64,000 bases of DNA from Candidatus Muiribacteriota bacterium (GTDB taxonomy: Bacteria > Muiribacteriota > DAOVTB01), in contig DAOVTB010000002.1 of assembly GCA_030633305.1 (NCBI GenBank), positions 107-64,106 of the forward strand. The letters are read 5' to 3'. The notes under the pieces were generated by a model. The model was not told the DNA's origin. It ran no database searches and saw only the letters and a program-made list of their open reading frames with translations. This document shows, piece by piece, positions 45,778-54,919 of this stretch (within the stretch, counting starts at the first letter, position 1; each line of letters begins with the position of its first letter). Position numbers and translations under genes: made by a program.

Positions 45778-46902
45778 TTATTTGAAAGTAAAATTCTTTT
45801 TTAGTCCCTGTTCATGTATTACTTTTATTATAGCAGAATCGAACGTACTTTTTTCGCCAGACATCTTTTTTCTTTCATCAGCAACAAACTTTTTTCTTGC
45901 ATTGTTCAAATCAAGTATCTGTTTCTGAATGGTATCTCGTTCAATTTTCTTGGTTTCAACATATATTTTCCGTTCTTCAATTGTCATCTTTTTCATATTA
46001 TCCGGTAAAACTTCTTCTTTTAATTCTTCAACTTTTATAGAAGAATCTGATTCTGCATCAACAAGGTCCCAGGAAGAATTTTTATAATAAGCTGTAGATT
46101 TTGAAATAGTTCTCTGCATATAAGAACCTACTCCTGTACTTTTTGCATTTAAATCCTGTTTCATCTGCATTTTTGCTCGTTTTTTTCCAATTGATCCAAA
46201 TGGAATATAGGTTTTATTGAGTTTCATTCCCAATTCAGCTATCTTCTTATCCTGTGGTGCATTTATGTGGACCAATTTAGCATTTTGATCGATATTCATA
46301 TATGATCCATCCGAAAGCAAAGATCCATGTTTCCATTTGGTATTGATACCTTCCTGATTTGAACCACAAAAAATTGTATTTATAACGATACTCTTTGTAA
46401 TTGCAGCTTTACACGATTTTGTATAATCAATATCTCCCTGATCAAAAGGCTCATTCCCTGCAATAAATACCATCTTTAAATCAGAGTTCCTATCACTCCA
46501 CTTCAGATTTTCAGTAGCATTTTTTATAACTCTTCCACAATACTCATTTCCTCCGTTTGTCTTAAGAGCAAAGAGTTCCTGTGATACTTTATCCAGATCA
46601 TCTGTTAATGGAAGAATCTGCCGGACCCAGCCAGTTTCTTTATTCAGACTACTTTTACCGTATTCATAAAGTGCAACTTCAAGTTCTGGTCTTACACCCT
46701 TTTGTTTTGCCGTTGCAAACTCATTAACAACTTTCCATAACTGGGTTTTAGCCTGATCGATAAGACCATCCATACTGTTACTGGTATCTAGAAGCAGTGC
46801 AAGCTGTACCTTAGGTTTCTCAATAACTACAGTTTTTCCAATAGCACTAACAATAACTGTAAGTGACAATACCATTACTAAACAACTAACTAAAATTTTC
46901 AT
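45778..46902 (-). CDS. secreted von Willebrand factor A (vWA) domain protein
   Basis: Signal peptide. MIDAS-like LLLDTSNSMDG. C-terminal charged coiled-coil tail. 374 aa. Confidence 0.75.
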   Translation of the reverse strand: MKILVSCLVMVLSLTVIVSAIGKTVVIEKPKVQLALLLDTSNSMDGLIDQAKTQLWKVVNEFATAKQKGVRPELEVALYEYGKSSLNKETGWVRQILPLTDDLDKVSQELFALKTNGGNEYCGRVIKNATENLKWSDRNSDLKMVFIAGNEPFDQGDIDYTKSCKAAITKSIVINTIFCGSNQEGINTKWKHGSLLSDGSYMNIDQNAKLVHINAPQDKKIAELGMKLNKTYIPFGSIGKKRAKMQMKQDLNAKSTGVGSYMQRTISKSTAYYKNSSWDLVDAESDSSIKVEELKEEVLPDNMKKMTIEERKIYVETKKIERDTIQKQILDLNNARKKFVADERKKMSGEKSTFDSAIIKVIHEQGLKKNFTFK

Positions 46903-46914
46903 TTTTTTCCTCCA

Positions 46915-49188
46915 TTATCTAATTGTTTTTAATAAAACTATTTTTCCGCTGACTTCCAAAAGCACCTCACCGCTAAGTGATAATACACCCTGTCTGTTAT
47001 CTTTTATGAGTTGTTTGACCAGATTATTATATTCTTCTGTTCCAAATATTATCGTTTTTACAATGTCCCCAGGCTTTAATATCTTCTTTTTATATTCAAG
47101 TCTACTGTCAATCCATCTACCAGATCGATTATAGAATGCCATATCATTGATCTGTTGAACAGTTGTAATTTTGACTTTCGACATATTGCTATCATAAAAC
47201 GAATTCCTGAAATTAAGGGTTTTCTGCTCCTTGAGTTTTCTAAAATTGTAACTTTGATTCAAAGCCCCAACTCCTGAACGACTTTCTATCGCACGGTTTT
47301 TAAGTTTTTCACCTACAAGGCTTTCAATTTTTTCGCCATCAACAAGATCAGTTCCATCTTTTGCCAGAAATGCTGTATATTCTGTTAGAATACCGAATTT
47401 AATCGAAAGATAAACGATCTCATCTACCAGTTCCTTCACTTTCGGATCGCTCATATTCACCTCAGGTTTAATTCCTCCACCACTTCCACCAAATTGTCTT
47501 ATGCCATCGATAAGGATTGCTATTTCGCGACTAGCCCAAATCCGTGGAACATAGGAATTTCTGGTACTCGCTTTATCCATATCAAATGTGAACTGAAAAG
47601 TTCGTTCAGTCCCAAGATAATTTCCTGATATCTTGAATATTAATTGCTTATTTCCCTTATATTTTCCAAGGATCACAAGCTGATCACCTACAAAGATATC
47701 TGGAATCTTTCCTGGAATTACATCCTCAACTCTATTTGGTACAGGTTTTCCTCCAGTATCAAGAACTTGTAAATCCGGACTTGCAAAAACAGGTGCTGTA
47801 AGTTTTTTAAAAACCGATGCTATTTTGACTTCAATATCCTCTTTTGGAAGAACATAAGCAGCTTTCCCCCTGGTTTCAAGCGCAATTTTGTCAAGAAGCG
47901 GAGTATTAACATCAACACCAACTCCTATTGTAAATACTCTTCTATTATATGGATTTTCTTTCATTACTGTTTTTCTAATTTCTTTTTCAGAAGTCTGACC
48001 AATTGTTGGCAGTCCATCAGTTAGAAAAAGCACAATAGGCAAATAATTTCCAACTGGTTTTTTTCCAAGTGCAATGACAAGTGCTTCATGAATATTTGTA
48101 CCGCCTCTTGGTTGAATATTTTCCAGATATTTTTCAACATTGATTACTGATGAATTATTCTTTTCAACAGCTACATCTGAGAAAAAATCTACACCTTCAT
48201 TATATACAATAACATTGAATACTTCTCCATTATCAAGACCAGAAATCATCTGTAAAGCGACTTCTGTAACCTGCTGGATCTTTTTCCCTCTCATGCTTCC
48301 AGATCTATCAATCACAATCGTAAGTTCTCTTTTCAGGATCTTTTCAGAATCTGAAGGTTTTGAAGACGGACTGGCAAGAAACAAAAAATAACCTCCACCA
48401 ATCGATGAATCTGGATAGGTAATTAACGAAGCAGAAACACTGTTTTTCTTATAAAGATATGAAATTCTCAGTGGACCTGGATTATTTTCCGCTTCTTTAG
48501 AAATATTAACTGCAATAGTATCATCCACGGATTTTGAAGTTTCAATATGATGGCTTGGTGAATACACAGTAGATATTTTCTTCTTTGACTTAATTGTCAC
48601 TTTATACTCCCATGGAATGGAATAAGAAAGAGATTCACTTCTTGGGAGAACATAATCCACCCTGTTATTATCTATCAAAAGAAGTTCTTCATATACTAGT
48701 TTTACTCTTTGTGTACTACCTGACTCAACAGGAAATACACATGAACGAATAAGACTTAGTCCTGCAAATTCCAGAATTGCAGGATCTTTCATCTTCGAAA
48801 CAATACCATTATATATCTTCCGAGCATCTTCCTTTTTCATAATAACAGCAGAAGACTCAAGCCCTTTTCCCTGAAAATCAAACCCTCTTACAGTTGCAGA
48901 TTCAGGAACTGGAAGAATTACTTCAGCTTCAAGACGAATCCGTGTTGGATTATTCAATGATATTTCAATTTCTGTCGTTGCAACCTGATCAACAATATTG
49001 ACTTTTACAGAGATACCTTCAATATTAACTTTTCCACGCTTTTCTATATCAAATGATCTGGTTTGAGGAACAATAACATTTGCAGCAAATTTCCTGGATG
49101 AATATAGAAGATAATCCTGGGAATAAATCATTGAACTATTGATCAGGATTATTAAGATCATCAAACCAGTTAATTGAAGTGCTTTCAT
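46915..49188 (-). CDS. secreted VIT (vault/inter-alpha-trypsin) plus vWA domain protein
   Basis: Signal peptide. N-terminal VIT-like domain. Central vWA with IVIDRSGSMRG MIDAS. 757 aa. Confidence 0.75.
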   Translation of the reverse strand: MKALQLTGLMILIILINSSMIYSQDYLLYSSRKFAANVIVPQTRSFDIEKRGKVNIEGISVKVNIVDQVATTEIEISLNNPTRIRLEAEVILPVPESATVRGFDFQGKGLESSAVIMKKEDARKIYNGIVSKMKDPAILEFAGLSLIRSCVFPVESGSTQRVKLVYEELLLIDNNRVDYVLPRSESLSYSIPWEYKVTIKSKKKISTVYSPSHHIETSKSVDDTIAVNISKEAENNPGPLRISYLYKKNSVSASLITYPDSSIGGGYFLFLASPSSKPSDSEKILKRELTIVIDRSGSMRGKKIQQVTEVALQMISGLDNGEVFNVIVYNEGVDFFSDVAVEKNNSSVINVEKYLENIQPRGGTNIHEALVIALGKKPVGNYLPIVLFLTDGLPTIGQTSEKEIRKTVMKENPYNRRVFTIGVGVDVNTPLLDKIALETRGKAAYVLPKEDIEVKIASVFKKLTAPVFASPDLQVLDTGGKPVPNRVEDVIPGKIPDIFVGDQLVILGKYKGNKQLIFKISGNYLGTERTFQFTFDMDKASTRNSYVPRIWASREIAILIDGIRQFGGSGGGIKPEVNMSDPKVKELVDEIVYLSIKFGILTEYTAFLAKDGTDLVDGEKIESLVGEKLKNRAIESRSGVGALNQSYNFRKLKEQKTLNFRNSFYDSNMSKVKITTVQQINDMAFYNRSGRWIDSRLEYKKKILKPGDIVKTIIFGTEEYNNLVKQLIKDNRQGVLSLSGEVLLEVSGKIVLLKTIR

Positions 49189-49355
49189 TTTTCTCTCCTT
49201 TCAGTTTTTTCAAATATTTTATTAAATTCGATTTCATAATGCTTTCTAAGGAAAGTATATCCTAGAATTTAATACTTTAGGGTAACAGGTTTGTAACAAG
49301 TTGAATTATGGATAAATTAAGGTTATAATGGCCTCGGAGAAAATTAACCTTAATC

Positions 49356-51866
49356 ATGGCAGAAAAAAAAAGCTTTTTTATAGATAAAGTAATATCAGAT
49401 AAATACCGTATAGTGCAGGAAATGGAAAAAACTGTAATGGCACGGGTGTTTTTCGGATATAACATAGAAAATTCTGAAATTGTAACAATAAAGATATTGG
49501 ATACTTCAAAGCTCAGAGAACCGATTTATGTCCAGAGATTTTTCTGGGAAGCAAAAATATTAAATAAAATCAGACACCCTAATGTAATTAAGTTACTTGA
49601 TAAAGGCGAAGTCAACGGTATGAATTATATCGTTACCGAGCAAATTAAAGGAAAGTCTCTTAAAACCTACCTGAATATGAAGAAAAAGACACCACTTGTA
49701 AAATATATCGAGATAATGATACAGGTCGGGATGGTTATAGATGCAATTCATCATGAACACATTATACACAGAAATCTAAATCCTGAAGACATTATGATCA
49801 TTGATATTGAGCATTCAAAAGTAAAGGTTTCAGGTTTTGATATTGCAAGAGAAACTCATGGTAGCTATCAAACAGAAACATCGATTCAGCAAAATACAGA
49901 CTATTCTTCGCCTGAACAAATATTTGGATTGGAAATAGATCAGACTACTGATATTTATAGTATGGGTGCAATTTTATATAAAATTGTTACGGGAGAATTT
50001 CCAATCGTTGTTTCTGATGATGAAGAAATTCCAGCTGCATCATCAAAAGCCAAAGATGTACCTAAAGAACTCGACAGAATCATTTCAAGGTGTTTAAAGC
50101 TAAAAAGTACTGATCGATTTCCATCTGCATATGAATTGAATATTGCATTACAGAGATTTAAAGATAATTATTTTACTGCCCAGGCTGCTGAAAAGGCTTA
50201 TGCAAAAGACAGCACAGGTCTGATGTTGAGCGTCCTTGAGAAAATTCTTGATTCTGATAATAGAAATGACTGTGAAGCTGCAGTTGAAAAACTTCTTGAT
50301 ATAGAAGATCGTCGTGCATTCAAACTGATTTACCATGCTTTAGGAAACCAGTTCTGGACAGTTAGAAAATCAGCAGCAGAAGCACTTATTAAAATTGGTT
50401 CTGAGATAATGCCTTTTATCAAATCCAGGGTAAATTTCAAAAATATAGACCAGGCATATTGGACAGTTAAAATACTTGAAAAAATTGGTGGCAAAGATGC
50501 CGAAATGTTACTTGGTGAATTTCTAAAACATTCAAATCAGGATATCGTCAGTTTTGCTATAGAAGCTATTGGAAATATTAATTCATATTCAAATATTAAA
50601 ATTCTGATAAGATTTTTTGATTCACAATACTGGTTAATAAGACAGGAATCAGCTAACGTTGTAAAAAAGTTTGGTGAAAACTCGATGGAAGAACTTGAAA
50701 AGGTACTTCAGGAAGGTAATTATAATACCAAATTATGGGCAGTTAATTGTATTGCACATATAAAGGGAAATAAAGCTGCTGGATATTTAAAACCCCTATA
50801 TAGCGAGGGTGATGAAGATTTAAAAACATACATAGTACTTGCTATGAAAGAAATTGATAATACAAGGGTTGATGATTTTCTGGTTGAAAGGCTCGGAAAA
50901 GAATCATGGGCTTTGAATCAGCAGATTGTTGATGTTTTGAGTAAGAAGGGAAAATATGTCGCCCATAAAATGACCAAAATCGTTAATTCTGATGCACCAG
51001 GTGAATTGAGATATAATGCTATTAAAATCACAACTCGAATCCTTGGTATTGAATCACTGGCTATACTTGAAAAAATACTTCTTGATGATGATACAAAAAT
51101 ACGTGCATTTGCAGTCAGAGCCCTTGGAGAAATTCAATCTCCTGACAGTATTAAAATCCTGATCGATTTTTTTGAAGACGATTCATGGGTCATTCGCAAA
51201 CTTTCATCAGATTCCCTTGCCAAAGTTGGAAATATGGCAATTCCATATTTGAATGATCCTCTTAAATCCAGTAATCCTGATGTCCGTTACTGGGCAATCA
51301 ATACACTCGGAAAAATAGGTAAACAAGCAATTTTACCATTGATAAAAATATTTACTAATGGTTCTTCAACAGACAGACTCCAAGTCATTCCAGTTCTTGG
51401 GCAGACAAAAGATAAAAGGATTATCCAGTTATTCATCAAAGCCTTAGACGACGAAAAATGGGTTGTTAGAAATATCGCTGCAAATACAATGGTCAATATG
51501 GGACCAATAGTTATTATTCCATTACTTAAAATCATTGTTGGTAAAAGTAAAGATAAATGCTACTGGTCACGAAAGATTCTGCTGAATTTTGAAGATGAGG
51601 TCATAAAAAAACTCACGCCAATGATGAAGAGCAAAAATGAACAGCAAAAAAAGATAGCTGTAATTGCCATATTAAGATTATCAACCGAGAAATCTTCACT
51701 AGTAGCAATGAGCTTGATAAATAAAGGTGACAAGAATATTCGTGAACTTGTTTTAAGAACAATGATCAAGTCCCTTGATACAAAATCTATTGTTATGATT
51801 ATTGATATTCTTGAAACGGGACCTATAAAAGAAAAACTTATAGAAATATTGAATCAGAAAATCTAA
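49356..51866 (+). CDS. Ser/Thr protein kinase fused to PBS-lyase-type HEAT repeats
   Basis: Hanks kinase subdomains (VTIKIL, HRNLNPEDIMI, SGFDIA, DIYSMGAILY), followed by multiple W.VR..A..AL..IG HEAT units. Confidence 0.85.
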   Translation: MAEKKSFFIDKVISDKYRIVQEMEKTVMARVFFGYNIENSEIVTIKILDTSKLREPIYVQRFFWEAKILNKIRHPNVIKLLDKGEVNGMNYIVTEQIKGKSLKTYLNMKKKTPLVKYIEIMIQVGMVIDAIHHEHIIHRNLNPEDIMIIDIEHSKVKVSGFDIARETHGSYQTETSIQQNTDYSSPEQIFGLEIDQTTDIYSMGAILYKIVTGEFPIVVSDDEEIPAASSKAKDVPKELDRIISRCLKLKSTDRFPSAYELNIALQRFKDNYFTAQAAEKAYAKDSTGLMLSVLEKILDSDNRNDCEAAVEKLLDIEDRRAFKLIYHALGNQFWTVRKSAAEALIKIGSEIMPFIKSRVNFKNIDQAYWTVKILEKIGGKDAEMLLGEFLKHSNQDIVSFAIEAIGNINSYSNIKILIRFFDSQYWLIRQESANVVKKFGENSMEELEKVLQEGNYNTKLWAVNCIAHIKGNKAAGYLKPLYSEGDEDLKTYIVLAMKEIDNTRVDDFLVERLGKESWALNQQIVDVLSKKGKYVAHKMTKIVNSDAPGELRYNAIKITTRILGIESLAILEKILLDDDTKIRAFAVRALGEIQSPDSIKILIDFFEDDSWVIRKLSSDSLAKVGNMAIPYLNDPLKSSNPDVRYWAINTLGKIGKQAILPLIKIFTNGSSTDRLQVIPVLGQTKDKRIIQLFIKALDDEKWVVRNIAANTMVNMGPIVIIPLLKIIVGKSKDKCYWSRKILLNFEDEVIKKLTPMMKSKNEQQKKIAVIAILRLSTEKSSLVAMSLINKGDKNIRELVLRTMIKSLDTKSIVMIIDILETGPIKEKLIEILNQKI

Positions 51867-51867
51867 C

Positions 51868-51990
51868 CCAGCGTTCAGAATGAGCGAACTTTGAATTTTT
51901 CTGCACCAATTTATATTTGCGGAGTAGGCTACTACACCTCAACATAAATTGCCTTGAAAAATCCAAATTTCATCTCATTCTGAACGCTGG
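51868..51990 (-). repeat. R2 MITE-like repeat, copy D. Inverted relative to the neighbouring R1 and carrying a divergent core.
   Basis: TIRs cagcgttcagaatgag ... ctcattctgaacgctg. The reverse complement begins cagcgttcagaatgagatgaaatttgg, matching the R2 5' arm. Confidence 0.7.
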
Positions 51991-52068
51991 CGATTAAAGT
52001 TCAAATAATAATAAAAAATACATTCAAATATCTAATCTAACATTTCTATACTAATTTTATAATAATAA

Positions 52069-52215
52069 CCTAGCTGGTGCAGGGGTCAACATTTCATGCG
52101 AAGCACTTTCATAGACTCGAACATAATATGCGTAGTCATAACGCATCAGGACACATTGAATTTTTTTGAACATCAAAGAAAAATCAAGTCCTTCTGACAC
52201 AATCTATATTGGTAT
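52069..52215 (+). repeat. R1 repeat, copy D (with an internal insertion of about 55 bp)
   Basis: Reads cctagctggtgcaggggtcaacatttcat...[extra hairpin tatgcgtagtcataacgcatca]...tccttctgacacaatctatattgg. Confidence 0.7.
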
Positions 52216-52236
52216 TTGGTATTAATTATTTCTTTT

Positions 52237-53040
52237 TTACTTATTAGCATAACAATACAAACATCCATGAGGACAGAGTTGCGAATAACTCCCGATATCA
52301 CGTGAACTACTGCAACAGCAGTCCTTTCGTTGCCCCGAGGCTTTTGCTTTACTTAATTTCAAATTGAATAACAATGATAGTAACTGAGCATCAATACATT
52401 TTGCAGCTTTTACACCCTCAATCAGATAATCAGGCTGACAACAAAGCGAAAGCTCAATTCCAAGTGAAGCAGAAACATCACTCATTTTAGAAAGAATTTC
52501 TTGTTTTTGTTCAATTCTGGGATCAAAAAACTGTATTCCAGAATTTTTCATCCTGTTTCTAGCCTTTTGATAATAAGTGGCGAACGAAGTAATACATCTT
52601 TTTATACCTAAGGCAGCAGCTTTTTCAGCAATTCGTTTAAAAGAACCAAGATTATTATTTTTCCCATTCTTCCAAAAAACAATCGGATCAAATCTCCAGC
52701 TTACAACTTCTGCTCCATAGACTCTGACTATTTTTTCTAATTGTTCTAATCTAATATCAACACATCGAAGTTCTGGTTCAAGAAAACTGCAATCATTTAT
52801 TGTAAATTGAAAAAATAAATTATAATTCATAAATTCATTTCGCACAGAAAGAAAATTATGAAAGTCTTTAGACCACAAAACAATTACTCCAACTTCTTCA
52901 GAAACTAGTGAAACCTTATATTTTTTCCTGTTAAATGGATTTTCAACTTCAACAAATCCGTTCCTGATCCCATTAACAAACCAATCCATATAAAAAGCAG
53001 GGATGTCTGTTCTTCTACTAGCTGAGATTATTTTTTTCAT
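52237..53040 (-). CDS. DUF1848-family protein (hypothetical)
   Basis: MKKIISASRRTDIPAFYMDWF N-terminus is typical of DUF1848. C-terminal Cys cluster CCCSSSRDIGSYSQLCPHGCLYC. Confidence 0.5.
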   Translation of the reverse strand: MKKIISASRRTDIPAFYMDWFVNGIRNGFVEVENPFNRKKYKVSLVSEEVGVIVLWSKDFHNFLSVRNEFMNYNLFFQFTINDCSFLEPELRCVDIRLEQLEKIVRVYGAEVVSWRFDPIVFWKNGKNNNLGSFKRIAEKAAALGIKRCITSFATYYQKARNRMKNSGIQFFDPRIEQKQEILSKMSDVSASLGIELSLCCQPDYLIEGVKAAKCIDAQLLSLLFNLKLSKAKASGQRKDCCCSSSRDIGSYSQLCPHGCLYCYANK

Positions 53041-53083
53041 ATCTTTATGTTATCATATACAAAAATTAAAAAGGAAAATTCAA

Positions 53084-53551
53084 ATGTTAATAAATGCAAC
53101 CCTTTGTTATATAAAAAAAAATACTCAAACCCTGATGCTCCACAGAGTAAAAAAGAAAAATGATGTTCACGAAGGTAAATGGAATGGTCTTGGTGGAAAA
53201 TTTGAACCCGGCGAAACACCTGATGAATGCGTAATCCGCGAGATAAAAGAAGAATGCGGTCTTGATATAAAAAATCCTGGTTTAAAGGGTATTCTTACAT
53301 TTCCTGATTTTGAAAATGGAAATGACTGGACTGTATTTGTTTATACTGTAAATGAATTTTCTGGAGAACTCATCAAGTCAAATGAAGGTGATTTGAAGTG
53401 GATTGATAATTCTAGACTTCTATCCCTAAATCTTTGGGCGGGCGATAAGCTTTTTTTGAAGTGGATACAGGAAAACAGATTTTTCTCAGCTAAATTTATT
53501 TATAAAAACGGTGAATTAACAGACCACAGCACAGTTTTTTATAAAATATGA
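53084..53551 (+). CDS. NUDIX hydrolase (MutT-like)
   Basis: Nudix box GKWNGLGGKFEPGETPDECVIREIKEECGL. An RBS AAGGAA precedes the ATG at 53084. The ORF-track start at 53003 would overlap the divergent DUF1848 gene. Confidence 0.8.
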   Translation: MLINATLCYIKKNTQTLMLHRVKKKNDVHEGKWNGLGGKFEPGETPDECVIREIKEECGLDIKNPGLKGILTFPDFENGNDWTVFVYTVNEFSGELIKSNEGDLKWIDNSRLLSLNLWAGDKLFLKWIQENRFFSAKFIYKNGELTDHSTVFYKI

Positions 53552-53552
53552 T

Positions 53553-54086
53553 TTACATCTTATCGTATTCTTCTCCAAATTTTTCACGAAGACATTTTTC
53601 CTCAATAGCTATTCGCCTTATAATGGAAGGAATCCAGATAACTCCTCCGATTATGGCAACATAATATGAACTGAGAGCTAATGGAAGTGCAATCATTTCA
53701 ATTACTGATGCAACATATATAGGATGTTTGAAATATTTGTAAGGACCAGTTTTTACAAGTTCATGATCGGAATAAATCCTGACATGAACACTATATTGCT
53801 CCTTTAAAGTCCGTAAACCCCAGGCTCTTAAAAATAACGAGAAAAAATACACTGGAGCGAAGATTGCCATTAACAATGAATACGAGGCATGGCCGCCCAA
53901 ATACATCTCAACAAATATTCCAGGAATCAAAAAAAGATTATAAAAAACTGCAAAAAAAGCGGAAGAAGCCTTATCCTTAGGATCATCATTTGTTTTAGTC
54001 TTCACCCTTCCAAGACATATAATATCGAGACTTATTCTAATAACTATAAATACTATTCCAATTATTAAAAGGTATTTTTGTTGCAT
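53553..54086 (-). CDS. isoprenylcysteine carboxyl methyltransferase (ICMT)/PEMT-family membrane methyltransferase
   Basis: 4-5 TM helices. C-terminal GPYKYFKHPIY...E motif typical of the ICMT family. Confidence 0.65.
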   Translation of the reverse strand: MQQKYLLIIGIVFIVIRISLDIICLGRVKTKTNDDPKDKASSAFFAVFYNLFLIPGIFVEMYLGGHASYSLLMAIFAPVYFFSLFLRAWGLRTLKEQYSVHVRIYSDHELVKTGPYKYFKHPIYVASVIEMIALPLALSSYYVAIIGGVIWIPSIIRRIAIEEKCLREKFGEEYDKM

Positions 54087-54317
54087 AAAATCACTCCTGA
54101 AGCATAATTCTCAAGGTTACTTAATTTCTCTTTTATAATTGTATCATATTTATAAATCCCTGTTTTTAAATAATCATTCGACTCAGGTTGAATTTAGATA
54201 ATTATATAATTTTCTAAATTATTTATTTTTTAGGGTTGACAGTTTTTATATCCTCTGTCATACTGGCAGGCTCGAAAGAAAAAAGTTTTAAAATCAAATC
54301 TTAAGGAGATTTAAAAA

Positions 54318-54701
54318 ATGAAGAAAGTATTAGCACTTATTATTTTATTTGTATTCATGTTCAGTGTTGTTGGTTCAATCGATCTTCTCGCAAAAGGACA
54401 GAAAAAATCTTTATGGAAAAAAATGACTTGTAAGGTTAAAAAAGCCGGTGCAGCAATTAATAACAAAACAAAAGACTCTTATGTTTCTGCAAAGAAAAAA
54501 GTAACTGGAAAAAAAGACAAGACTTGGGTAAAAGGACATTGCACAACTAAAAATGGAAACAAACACTGGACTAAAGGACACTGGAGAAAAGTAAAACAGA
54601 CTTCATCACAGGGAAACAGTCAGGGACCAGTTCAAGGACCATCACAGGGAAATAGCCAGGGACCAGTTCAGGGACCAGGACAAGGTGCATCACAGAGATA
54701 A
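54318..54701 (+). CDS. small secreted low-complexity protein with W.KGH(C/W) repeats and tandem SQGNSQGPVQGP repeats
   Basis: Signal peptide. KDKTWVKGHCTTKNGNKHWTKGHWRKV. C-terminal 12-aa tandem repeats encoded by 36-nt DNA repeats (54605-54676). Confidence 0.5.
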   Translation: MKKVLALIILFVFMFSVVGSIDLLAKGQKKSLWKKMTCKVKKAGAAINNKTKDSYVSAKKKVTGKKDKTWVKGHCTTKNGNKHWTKGHWRKVKQTSSQGNSQGPVQGPSQGNSQGPVQGPGQGASQR

Positions 54702-54721
54702 ACTTATTCCATTAAATACAA

Positions 54722-54753
54722 AAAAGCCTCTCTAGTACGGAGAGGTTTTTTTT
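54722..54753 (+). terminator. rho-independent terminator (aaaaagcctctctagtacggagaggtttttttt)
   Basis: GC-rich 7-bp stem, 5-nt loop, 8-T run directly after the stop of the 54318 gene. Confidence 0.75.
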
Positions 54754-54790
54754 ATTCCCCAGTTTTTCTGTCTTATATAATCTTCTTTTT

Positions 54791-54818
54791 CTTCATGCCT
54801 TTCGTGTTCTTCGTGGTG
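54791..54818. repeat. TTCATG-family micro-repeat (cttcatgcctttcgtgttcttcgtggtg plus a T-rich tail)
   Basis: Variant of the 24461/25527 motif with CGTG replacing CATG in two units. Confidence 0.5.
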
Positions 54819-54919
54819 AATTTTTTATTTTTTTTTATCTTGTTAATACCATCTAATCTTCTGTTTTCTTTATGTCGATAATTATTCTACAATTAAAATT
54901 TAAATTTTAGGAGCAGAAT

